Below, piece by piece: positions 8,267 to 16,944 of a stretch of DNA of 35,520 nucleotides (position 1 is its first letter; each line of letters opens with the position of its first letter). The notes under the pieces are model-generated. The model did not search any database and was not told the origin of the DNA. It saw only the letters and a list, made by a program, of their open reading frames with translations. Position numbers and translations under genes: made by a program. Origin of the DNA: Limisphaerales bacterium (lineage in GTDB: Bacteria > Verrucomicrobiota > Verrucomicrobiia > Limisphaerales > UBA9464); the NCBI GenBank assembly GCA_044221235.1, contig JBGAPN010000003.1, forward strand, positions 1 through 35,520. The letters are read 5' to 3'.

Positions 8267-9379
8267 TCAAAGGGACCGGCTGAACCGCTTTCCCGGTGAT
8301 TGTTTCACCAGCCGTTTCAATTCGAGGCTGAAAAGCGTGACCGAGACGACGTTCGCCGGAAGTCCGGCGCCCCGGATGATCTCATCGATGGTTTTCTCCT
8401 GACCTGGTGGAAGTGAATCCAGGATGGCTGCCTCCTGGGATGAGAGTGTCAACGACGGCAGGTCAACGGTCCCGTTTGCCGAAACGGGGCGGTTGGAGGG
8501 GGGAAACAGGTATTCGAATTCGCTCAAGACGTCTTCCGCCCCTTCGCACAGCTTGGCGCCCTTCTTGATCAGATCATGGCACCCCTTGCTGCGGGGGGAG
8601 TCAATGCGCCCGGGAACGGCAAAGACCTGCCGTCCATATTCGGTGGCAAAATTGGCGGTAATCAGGGCCCCGCTGCTGAGATTGGCCTCGATGACCACGG
8701 TTCCCTGACTGAGCCCGGCAACAATCCGGTTGCGGATGGGAAACGACTGCTTGTCCGCAGGCCGGTCAAATGGGAACTGGGTCAGGACGGCTCCCCGCTC
8801 GGAGATACGCTCGAACAGGTCTGCGTTCTCCGGGGGGAAGACCCGGTTGATCCCGGTCCCCAAAACGGCCAGGGTTCGGCCCTTGGCGCTCAGAGCCCCC
8901 TGGTGGGCCGCGGTGTCCACGCCTCTGGCCCCGCCACTGACGACGGTGACTCCCGCGTAGGCCAGCTGGTACGCCAATTTGCGGGCGACTTCGGTTCCGT
9001 AGGGTGTGGTCAGACGCGATCCAACGAGGGCAATCCCATTGCGGTCGCCCGCCACGAGGGTTCCCTTGACGTAGAGGACGATGGGCGGGTCGTAGATTTC
9101 ACGAAGCGGGGCAGGGTACTCCGAGTCCAGCTGGGTGAAGATCCGGCAGCCAAACTCCGAGATCCGGCGCAGTTCACCGGTCAGGTCGATGGTGGACTCC
9201 CAGGACGCGATGGCATCTGCCGTTTCAGAACCGATGCCCGGGACGGCAAACAAGCGGGGCGCGGGCGCCTGCAGCACTGCGACCGGATCCCCATCAAAAT
9301 GGTCGAGCAATTGCCGCAGCCGGATGGGGCCGACATTTTCGATCATGTTGAGCGCCAGCAGGGCCTCGTGAGGACTCAT
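8267..9379 (-). CDS. dprA: DNA processing protein DprA
   Basis: YPAPLREIYDPP, VGSR, VSGGARGVD, FPIRNRIVAGL, SGALITA, VFAVPG; C-terminal winged helix. Confidence 0.95.
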   Translation of the reverse strand: MSPHEALLALNMIENVGPIRLRQLLDHFDGDPVAVLQAPAPRLFAVPGIGSETADAIASWESTIDLTGELRRISEFGCRIFTQLDSEYPAPLREIYDPPIVLYVKGTLVAGDRNGIALVGSRLTTPYGTEVARKLAYQLAYAGVTVVSGGARGVDTAAHQGALSAKGRTLAVLGTGINRVFPPENADLFERISERGAVLTQFPFDRPADKQSFPIRNRIVAGLSQGTVVIEANLSSGALITANFATEYGRQVFAVPGRIDSPRSKGCHDLIKKGAKLCEGAEDVLSEFEYLFPPSNRPVSANGTVDLPSLTLSSQEAAILDSLPPGQEKTIDEIIRGAGLPANVVSVTLFSLELKRLVKQSPGKRFSRSL

Positions 9380-9522
9380 GCGGGTATGTTTGCCGCGTCC
9401 GTCCCTCATTGAGCGAATGGGATTCCCTCGCCAGATTTTGGGATCCTGCAGGGGTGAGTTTGCTGCGCCGGCTTGCCTCTCGAGGCCAACTGACTACGGT
9501 CGTCTACGGAACACCGAGCCCC

Positions 9523-10521
9523 ATGACCACCGAGGAACAGATCGCGCAGTTTCGAGAAATGTACGGCCGCCTCCGCACTGAGATCGGCAAAGTCATGGTG
9601 GGCCAGGATGCCATTGTGGACGGAACGCTCACCGCGATCCTGGCTGGAGGACATGTCCTCCTGGAGGGGGTGCCTGGACTCGGCAAGACGCTTCTGGTGC
9701 GGACGCTGGGGGAGGTGTTGGATCTCAGTTTCAGCCGGATTCAGTTCACTCCCGACCTGATGCCTGCGGACATCTTGGGCACGAACCTCGTCATGGAATC
9801 TCCGGACGGGCGCCGACGGTTTGAATTTCAACGCGGCCCTGTGTTTGCGCATTTGGTCCTCGCGGACGAGATCAACCGGGCGACCCCGAAGACCCAGTCG
9901 GCGATGCTGGAAGCCATGCAGGAACGTCAGGTGACTGCAGGCGGCGAAGTCCGGCCACTTCCGAAGCCGTTCTTCGTCCTGGCAACCCAGAATCCGATCG
10001 ACCAGGAGGGGACCTATCCTTTGCCCGAAGCGCAGTTGGACCGGTTCTTCTTCAAATTGCTGGTGGGGTATCCCACGAGGGATGAACTGACCGAGGTTCT
10101 CAATCGAACCACCGAAGGGACGAAAGTCGTGCCTGGCCGGGTACTCGATGGCGAAGGCCTCAGGACACTCCAGGCACTCGTCCGGGATGTGCCGATCGCG
10201 TCCCACGTGAAGGATTATGCCGTCCGAATGGTGCTCGCGACCCACCCGAAGACCGAGACAGCCGTGCCGATTACCAATCAGTATCTGCGGTTCGGGAGCA
10301 GTCCGCGCGGCGCCCAGGTTCTGATCCTTGCCGCCAAGGTCAGGGCGCTGACCCAAGGCCGGTTCAATGTCAGCTTTGACGACGTTGCCACCATGGCGCC
10401 ATCCGCCCTGAGGCATCGCCTGATCCTCAATTTCGAGGCGGAGGCAGAGGGGGTCACCACGGATCTCGTAATTTCCCAGATCCTGAAGGACGTACCACGA
10501 GATGCCGTTGTGGCGGCCTGA
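9523..10521 (+). CDS. moxR: MoxR-family AAA+ ATPase
   Basis: GHVLLEGVPGLGKT, RIQFTPDLMPADI, DEINRATPKTQSA, ATQNPIDQEGTYPLPEAQLDRF. Confidence 0.93.
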   Translation: MTTEEQIAQFREMYGRLRTEIGKVMVGQDAIVDGTLTAILAGGHVLLEGVPGLGKTLLVRTLGEVLDLSFSRIQFTPDLMPADILGTNLVMESPDGRRRFEFQRGPVFAHLVLADEINRATPKTQSAMLEAMQERQVTAGGEVRPLPKPFFVLATQNPIDQEGTYPLPEAQLDRFFFKLLVGYPTRDELTEVLNRTTEGTKVVPGRVLDGEGLRTLQALVRDVPIASHVKDYAVRMVLATHPKTETAVPITNQYLRFGSSPRGAQVLILAAKVRALTQGRFNVSFDDVATMAPSALRHRLILNFEAEAEGVTTDLVISQILKDVPRDAVVAA

Positions 10522-10549
10522 CGTGCGTACCCGCCCAAACAAACGGAGA

Positions 10550-11023
10550 ATGGGAGCTGCTCGGAAGTCGTCAGGGAATCTCGGGGGTTCATCGAAAACC
10601 TCTCCGGTCCCAGTCATTGAAATTCACAATCGCCAGCGGAAACGGGTTCCAGCCACGGCGCGAATTCGTCGTCTCATCATGGATGTGCTTTCCGAGCAGA
10701 ACCAGACGGGTGAAGTGGCTGTGCATTGGGTGGGCACACGGGGTTCGGCCCGGATGAACTTCCAGTTTCTCCAGCACACGGGGCCGACCGATATCATCAC
10801 CTTCGACCAGGGAAGCACTCGCGAATGCCTCCGGGGGGAGTTGTTCATCTGCGTGCAGGAGGCTGTCCGGCAAGCCCGTGAATTTGGTACCACCTGGCAT
10901 CAGGAAATCCGCCGGTATGTGATCCACGGTTTGCTGCATCTTCGAGGATTCGATGATCAGGACCCGCGCAGTCGGCGCCGCATGAAGCAGGAGGAAGGTC
11001 GCCTCCTGCGCCGTTTTGGCTGA
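10550..11023 (+). CDS. ybeY: rRNA maturation endoribonuclease YbeY
   Basis: PTDIITF, GELFIC, IHGLLHLRGFDD, MKQEE. Start uncertain. Confidence 0.85.
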   Translation: MGAARKSSGNLGGSSKTSPVPVIEIHNRQRKRVPATARIRRLIMDVLSEQNQTGEVAVHWVGTRGSARMNFQFLQHTGPTDIITFDQGSTRECLRGELFICVQEAVRQAREFGTTWHQEIRRYVIHGLLHLRGFDDQDPRSRRRMKQEEGRLLRRFG

Positions 11024-11056
11024 ACCCCACTCCCACGGATCCAACCGAATCCAATC

Positions 11057-11710
11057 ATGGTGGACCTGCGAGATCGGGGAATCGTGATGCGGCTGCATCC
11101 GTACTCGGATACAAGCTCGATTGTCCACTGGCTGACGGTTGAACACGGCCGAATCGCCACGCTCGCGCGGGGCGCGCGGCGGCCCAAGTCTCCCTTCCAC
11201 GGAAAGCTGGACCTGCTGGTGGAGGCCGAACTCAGTGTGGTGCCGGCACGCCGGTCGAATCTGCACACGCTGCGTGAGGTCGTCCCGGATGAACGGCATG
11301 CAGACCTCCGGGGAGACTATCAGAAGCTGCTCCAGGCGGCCTATGCGGTGGCGCTCATTGAACGGGGATCGGAGACCGACACGCCCATTCCTGAACTGTT
11401 TGCTCTCTTCACGGATTGGTTGCGCGAGGTGGAGGGACGGGTTGCCCAGCCCCGGTGGGTCCTTGCGTTTGAGGCGCGTCTACTGGCGTCGCTCGGGCTC
11501 GATCCCGTGTCAGTGAAACATTCACTGAGTCCGGAATCGGAACAGATCCTTGGGGCGCTCACGCTGGGACCTTGGAGTGCGATAATGGAGCTTCAGGCCT
11601 CCAGCCGATCGGTGCGCCAAGTCCGGGAATTCCTGAGAAGCCGCTTGGTGGAGGCGTTCGGAGCGGTCCCGCCGTCCCGCTCCCGGGCGCTCGGAATCGA
11701 GCCGGGCTGA
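11057..11710 (+). CDS. recO: DNA repair protein RecO
   Basis: GIVMRLHPYSDTSSIVHWLTVEHGRIATLARGARRPKS N-terminal OB fold; FEARLL; follows ybeY. Confidence 0.9.
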   Translation: MVDLRDRGIVMRLHPYSDTSSIVHWLTVEHGRIATLARGARRPKSPFHGKLDLLVEAELSVVPARRSNLHTLREVVPDERHADLRGDYQKLLQAAYAVALIERGSETDTPIPELFALFTDWLREVEGRVAQPRWVLAFEARLLASLGLDPVSVKHSLSPESEQILGALTLGPWSAIMELQASSRSVRQVREFLRSRLVEAFGAVPPSRSRALGIEPG

Positions 11711-11738
11711 AGCATATCGCACCCTGGGGCCCGGGAGC

Positions 11739-12527
11739 CTACTTGCTGCCGTCAACGGTCAGTTCGAATTCGAGCCGCGTTTTGCTGTCCCTCCGCTCGT
11801 CGATCATTTCCATGTCCTTGAGATGCCAGGCGCCGGCAACCTTCTTGACCGAACCGATGCTGAATCGTTTGAAAAGCTTTCCAGCCGAATCGTAGGCGTC
11901 GGCCTGAATCAGGCTCTTGAACTCATTATCCACCCACGATACCACCCGGGAATAGGGAGAGCCAGCCGGGCCGCGGCTCTCAAGGACTTTGCAGGCTCTT
12001 CCCTTGATCATGGGAGGGTCATTGCGGGGACTCGGGAGGATGCGCTGTTCCGGCCAGTGCAGGAATTCCAGTCCTAGATCGGACATCCAGAAATCTGAGC
12101 CGGCAAAGGGGATGAACGCCTTGCCAGCGGGCAGGATTTCAGATCCGGAACCGGTCCCGCCGTCGACCACATAGGTGGGTGGACGATCCGGGAACTGGAG
12201 AATCGCCAACGTCTCCCCCGGCGCCGTCGGGTCCACTCGGGGGACATACCGGGTGGTCCATCCTGCGGTGGCAGAGTCACCCAGGCGGGTTTCAATCGTC
12301 AGCGGAACCCGGGTCCGTTTGCCGAACTTGTCCCGGAACTCCAAGGTCGCCTGGTTGGTCGAACCGGTGCCTGGCTGCAGGGATCGCATTTCGGCCGCCA
12401 GCGCCCGCCCGTCCTCCTGCTCCCGTGTCAGCCGTGGAGAAGCCTCGATTCCTTGGGAGTCCGCCGCCCAGGCCGGATTGATCCAGAGCAGGCAAAAACA
12501 CCAATAAATTCGGTTCACCCAGTTCAT
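11739..12527 (-). CDS. Outer-membrane lipoprotein-sorting (LolA-like) family protein
   Basis: Signal peptide ending AWA-A; FAGSDFWMSDL, YSRVVSWVD, ADAYDSAGKLFK, MEMIDERRDSKTRL. Confidence 0.75.
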   Translation of the reverse strand: MNWVNRIYWCFCLLWINPAWAADSQGIEASPRLTREQEDGRALAAEMRSLQPGTGSTNQATLEFRDKFGKRTRVPLTIETRLGDSATAGWTTRYVPRVDPTAPGETLAILQFPDRPPTYVVDGGTGSGSEILPAGKAFIPFAGSDFWMSDLGLEFLHWPEQRILPSPRNDPPMIKGRACKVLESRGPAGSPYSRVVSWVDNEFKSLIQADAYDSAGKLFKRFSIGSVKKVAGAWHLKDMEMIDERRDSKTRLEFELTVDGSK

Positions 12528-12629
12528 GGGCGAGTTGAAACATTCGGCGGAGCGCATTGAGAAAATCGGGGAGGGAAGGTGGTCGTAGGGTATGATGACG
12601 CGCCAACCGGGCGGTGCCTTTCGCTCAAT

Positions 12630-12827
12630 CTAGCGGGGCTTGATTGTGATTCGGGGTGGTTCGCCCCGTCGCCCTTGAACCACGACACCGGGGGCCCGAT
12701 CGGCAGAGCTGCAACCGCATCCCACGTGATGGTGGAATCGAAAACGCGCGGGCCTTACCTGACGCCAAACAATCAGCCCCGCCGTGATCAGCACGACGCC
12801 AAGAGCTGCTGGTTGCTGCCAGTCCAT
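12630..12827 (-). CDS. Small membrane protein with His/Cys motif (resembles FeoB-associated Cys-rich proteins)
   Basis: MDWQ, one transmembrane helix, then HHHVGCGC. Confidence 0.6.
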   Translation of the reverse strand: MDWQQPAALGVVLITAGLIVWRQVRPARFRFHHHVGCGCSSADRAPGVVVQGRRGEPPRITIKPR

Positions 12828-12960
12828 GGTGGAAGGCTAGCGCTCTGAGTCCCGGGAGCAACCTTGGGAAGGGAATACCGCACCGGAAAGGAGCTGGAAT
12901 TGAAGCGCCATGGAACGACCTGAATTGACGATCGTGAACCGAAGTCGGTCTATTGGGGGG

Positions 12961-13320
12961 ATGCGCACGCGGAATCCTTGGCTTGGGTTGGCCTCCCTCC
13001 TGATGGTGGGGTGCAGGACGCTGCCTCCGCCCGAAGTGATTCAGCCTGTCCCACCGATACGCCCGGTCCGGCTGACGGAACCCATGGATGGGACAGTGGG
13101 TCGGGTCGAGTCCGTCAATGCCCGGTTGCGTTTTGTCGTGCTCGATTACTCGCTCAATGTCTTGCCGAGGATTGGCGACCGATTGGACGTCTGGCGTTCC
13201 GATCAAAGAGTCGGCGAACTCAAGGTCTCGGGTCCGATTCGTAACACGACACTGGTGGCGGACATCGTCTCCGGCGATGTTCAGGCCGGCGATCTCACTC
13301 GCCCACAACCGGCCGAGTGA
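12961..13320 (+). CDS. Hypothetical lipoprotein
   Basis: MRTRNPWLGLASLLMVG-C lipobox, Pro-rich linker, beta-rich domain GRVESVNARLRFVVLD...VADIVSGDVQAGD. Confidence 0.65.
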   Translation: MRTRNPWLGLASLLMVGCRTLPPPEVIQPVPPIRPVRLTEPMDGTVGRVESVNARLRFVVLDYSLNVLPRIGDRLDVWRSDQRVGELKVSGPIRNTTLVADIVSGDVQAGDLTRPQPAE

Positions 13321-13370
13321 TTTGGATGTTCAAATCCTGCGGTGAAACGGCATCGCCAATCCGCAGAAAG

Positions 13371-13991
13371 TCATTGTCTCGCCGGCAGAAGGCCGCGAGG
13401 CGGGCGTCGGGTCCATGCCATCAGTGTCAAGGGAAGTGAGATCAGGAAATAGATCGGATCCACCAGATAGTCCCAGTAGTTGGACGATTCCAGTCCGCCC
13501 AGATGCCACGTCGCAATCGCGATGATAAGGATCCATCCGAATCGGATTTTCAGTCCAATCAGCAGTGCTCCCAGCAGTCCGACGACAGGGTATAGGACAC
13601 CCCCGGCCCACCCTGCGGAGTAGGGATCTGTGTGGGTCAAGCCCAAGGCGGCTGGATAGAGCAGCACACCCGCCGCGGTCCCAAAGGTCCAGAGCAGGAA
13701 CTGGTCATGATCCCTCAGGAGCGTCGGGTATCCGAGGCGGCATGCCACTCTCTGTACCATCCATGCGGAGAAGGGAATGCTGAACCCCGGGAGGATACTG
13801 GAAACAAAGCCGGTGAGGGAAAGGCCGCCGGCGAATGGAACCGACACCAGGAGAATGCAGGCTGCCAGAAGGATGACGCCGGCCGTCCTGGATCGCCTTC
13901 GACGCTCGCCAACCAGGACATCGACCAGCCAGAACAGGGCGACTCCGGTAACCAGGGTGGCGACGGTGTTGCGTGGTAGTTCTTGGATCAT
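13371..13991 (-). CDS. Hypothetical multi-pass membrane protein
   Basis: About 6 hydrophobic segments; LYPAALGL..DPYSAGW and ESSNYWDYLVDP motifs; ATGA overlap with the upstream gene. Confidence 0.75.
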   Translation of the reverse strand: MIQELPRNTVATLVTGVALFWLVDVLVGERRRRSRTAGVILLAACILLVSVPFAGGLSLTGFVSSILPGFSIPFSAWMVQRVACRLGYPTLLRDHDQFLLWTFGTAAGVLLYPAALGLTHTDPYSAGWAGGVLYPVVGLLGALLIGLKIRFGWILIIAIATWHLGGLESSNYWDYLVDPIYFLISLPLTLMAWTRRPPRGLLPARQ

Positions 13992-15148
13992 GGGTTGGCG
14001 GGATCCCGAGCGGGAGCAGTCCAAGATTCATTGAAGGTGGCGACTTGGATGGCACGGCGTTTCCATGTGTATGCCATGTGGATCCAACCGTCTCGCGTTT
14101 GAAGAAGGAACGGGTACGAGAACTCCTCACCGTCCTCCGACTCGACGACCGGCCCGCGGGACCAGGTCCTTCCTGCATCGTTGGATGTGGCGAGGCGCAG
14201 GTTTGCGCGGCCGCTGTTGGTGTCATTGAACGCCAGAAGCAGCCGTCCGCTTGCCAGTCGGATGGCGTCAATCCCAGAGTCGGAATTGGGAAGACCGGAC
14301 GGCGTCGGCGGCGACCAGGTTTCGCCACGGTCGGCGGTTCGCGAAATAAGGAGATCGCGACGGTCGTTGGCCGTACGACACAGCAACACTGCTTGTTCCG
14401 AGTCCAGTGCAACCATGGCCGGTTGAAATGCGGTCCGGCCCCCGAACGCACGGGTGCGGATGGGGCTGGAGGGATGTCCTGATTCGTCCATCCAGAGGAG
14501 TTCGGGAAACTTCCCGAACAATTCGTGGTAGATGGGAACAACCCATCCACCGCCAGCGAGGGGAGTGGGCCCGTTTTTGACCAGTTCGCTGACATTGAAA
14601 AAGGGGCTGAGCACCAGACGTCGGCTGGGAGACCAGGTCGTGCCGGAATCGTCGGACTCCTTGAGGCACAGGGAACTTCCAGACCAGCCGCCCACGGCGA
14701 TGGCTACGTAGAGCAGGCGGATTCTTCCCTGGGTATTCGAAAAGACGACCGGGTTGCCGACCTTGCGCACATAGTGTCCGAGTTCGTTCTGCGCCGATTC
14801 CGCGGTGACCAGCACTTGCGCTTCGGACCAGCGTTCGCGGTTCTTTTGGGTGCTGAAGAAGATGGCGACATCGCGCGCTCCCTCGCGCGTCCCGCCATAC
14901 CAGGCCGCTGCCAGGATCCCCGGGTTTGGTTCGCACAACGAGGCCACGTGAACACTGGGGATCGATCCGGAGGAATCGATGGGTGCACGAACAAACCGGG
15001 GCACGGGATCCAGGGCAGCCGATGACGCCGGTGGTGGAACGTCGAATCCGGGAGGGTGGTGGCGTCCCCGATTCGACATGAAGGGTTGGAGATGAAGGAG
15101 GAGGACGGTCGCGATGCCTCCCGCCAAGGTAAGCCTGCGGAGATTCAT
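13988..15148 (-). CDS. BNR/Asp-box sialidase-family protein
   Basis: AAWYGGTREGARDV; Asp-boxes SDDSGTTW, TADRGETW and SNDAGRTW; FSYP; N-terminal anchor. Confidence 0.85.
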   Translation of the reverse strand: MNLRRLTLAGGIATVLLLHLQPFMSNRGRHHPPGFDVPPPASSAALDPVPRFVRAPIDSSGSIPSVHVASLCEPNPGILAAAWYGGTREGARDVAIFFSTQKNRERWSEAQVLVTAESAQNELGHYVRKVGNPVVFSNTQGRIRLLYVAIAVGGWSGSSLCLKESDDSGTTWSPSRRLVLSPFFNVSELVKNGPTPLAGGGWVVPIYHELFGKFPELLWMDESGHPSSPIRTRAFGGRTAFQPAMVALDSEQAVLLCRTANDRRDLLISRTADRGETWSPPTPSGLPNSDSGIDAIRLASGRLLLAFNDTNSGRANLRLATSNDAGRTWSRGPVVESEDGEEFSYPFLLQTRDGWIHMAYTWKRRAIQVATFNESWTAPARDPANP

Positions 15149-16830
15149 CGTTGAGTATTCCGGTTCACCTCGATCCCGATCATGTCGGTCCGAAGGTGGT
15201 CGAGGGACCGGTTTCGGAAGGCTTCGCGCCAGTCGGCGGTGGTGGCGTCTGCCCGGGCAAAACGGGCCCAAGCCTTCCGGGAGTAAAACGTCTTGAATCG
15301 GATGAATTCCACGCCGGAAAGACCGGCATCGTGGAGCTGCTTTTCAAGGTCCGCCCGCTGAGCACCATCCACGAACACGATCGCGGACCCGTCCGGTGGA
15401 ACGCGATCCACCCGGAATGGTTGGATGCTGTGGCCGAGCCTCGGGGACAGCATGGCGGGTTGCAGGCGGTCGTAGGCAAAGGCTGGCCGGCGACCGATCT
15501 GTGACTCGATGTCCGGGGGGAGGTAATTGAGGCCCAGGCCGGGGTAGAGTCCTCCGAAGACCAGTGCGAATACGATACCGCCGGCGGCGACGACGGAACC
15601 GGGGTTCCAGGTGTTCCAGGCGCCCCAGAGCAACGTGAGCGCCACGAGGCCCGTGATCAGCGCCATCGTCGGTCCGAGGTGAAACCAGAACGCAACGCAA
15701 CTAGCCGCCAGGGCTACGGCTGCCAGGAGCGATGCGGCGATGCGAAGGGTGAGACGTTGAAGAATGTCTCCCGACTCCAACCAGTCCGCCGCGAGCACCG
15801 CCTGGACGGGAACCACGGCCAGCATATTGCGCTCGAATGTGGCCATGAAGAAGAACGGTAGGACCGAAAGAAAGACGGTGGCGGTCAGCCAACGTCTTTG
15901 GTGCGAGTTCATGTCCGAGTCCCGACGGAACTGACGCCACATCGCCACCAAAACCATGGGAGTCCACGGCGCGATGAGCCCCAAGGCGCCGCCCAGTGCG
16001 GAGAGCGGAGCCATCCCATGCCATCGTCCGAAGTTTCGGGCGGCCAGTTCCTCACCGATGATCTGGCCGAAGCGGTCGCTCCAGATGCGTTGTATGGCGA
16101 GGGGCCAGGGGGTGCTGACTCCAAGGAACACGAGCAACGCCACGGCCCAGTGCCAGTTTTTTCCCCGAAGCGATGGCTGACGCGGCAGTTTCCACAGGCC
16201 GGCAACCACGGCCGCCGAGAAGAAGAACAATCCCACCGGTCCCTTGGTCAGAAAAGAAAGTCCCAGGCAAGCGCCGGAAAGTGTGGCATCGGTGATCCGG
16301 CCGGATCGATACCATTGGAGCCAGAATAGCACGGCCGCGGAGATCCAGAATGCGAGGGGAAGGTCCAGCATGGCCTGGCGAGCCTGGGCGGCGACGCCGA
16401 TGCAACTGACGGTGATCAGGCCGGCGAGAAACCCATTGTTTCGAAGCAGTTCCCGTGAGGTCAGGCATGACACCACACCTAGCCCTGCGCCGGCCAGCAC
16501 TCCCCAGATTCGGGCGGCCCACAGGCTGACCCCTGCGGCGTGGTAGGTGGCCAGGATCAGCCAGTAGACCAACGGCGGTTTTCGGAGGCGGGGCTCCCCG
16601 TTCACCCAGGGCGTGAGCCATTCCCCACGATCCGCCATTTCCATCGGCGTGCGCAAACCCAGGGAGTACTCGTCGGAACCTGTGACGCTGGTCTCAGACC
16701 AAATCGAAGGCAGAAGCACCACGAAGCCGAATAGGAATACGAAGAGGGGGGACCAGCGGGAAATCGGCCGGTTGCCTGATTCCTGCAGCGCCACCGCCCC
16801 GGTGGTCCCGGAGGATTCGGACGATGTCAT
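15145..16830 (-). CDS. ArnT/PMT-like (GT-C) membrane glycosyltransferase
   Basis: SDEY...EM...GEWLTPWVNGEPRLRKPPLVYW, ARQAMLD, LTKGPVG; many transmembrane segments. Confidence 0.88.
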   Translation of the reverse strand: MTSSESSGTTGAVALQESGNRPISRWSPLFVFLFGFVVLLPSIWSETSVTGSDEYSLGLRTPMEMADRGEWLTPWVNGEPRLRKPPLVYWLILATYHAAGVSLWAARIWGVLAGAGLGVVSCLTSRELLRNNGFLAGLITVSCIGVAAQARQAMLDLPLAFWISAAVLFWLQWYRSGRITDATLSGACLGLSFLTKGPVGLFFFSAAVVAGLWKLPRQPSLRGKNWHWAVALLVFLGVSTPWPLAIQRIWSDRFGQIIGEELAARNFGRWHGMAPLSALGGALGLIAPWTPMVLVAMWRQFRRDSDMNSHQRRWLTATVFLSVLPFFFMATFERNMLAVVPVQAVLAADWLESGDILQRLTLRIAASLLAAVALAASCVAFWFHLGPTMALITGLVALTLLWGAWNTWNPGSVVAAGGIVFALVFGGLYPGLGLNYLPPDIESQIGRRPAFAYDRLQPAMLSPRLGHSIQPFRVDRVPPDGSAIVFVDGAQRADLEKQLHDAGLSGVEFIRFKTFYSRKAWARFARADATTADWREAFRNRSLDHLRTDMIGIEVNRNTQR

Positions 16831-16944
16831 AGCGGAGGGCTGTCAGGCACGTTGGTCGGTCCCGGCCGGCGCGGGATTGGATGTGCCGTGATTCTGCAAT
16901 GCTCCCGGGCTCGGGCAAGGCAAGAGACCGGCCGGATTCCTGGC

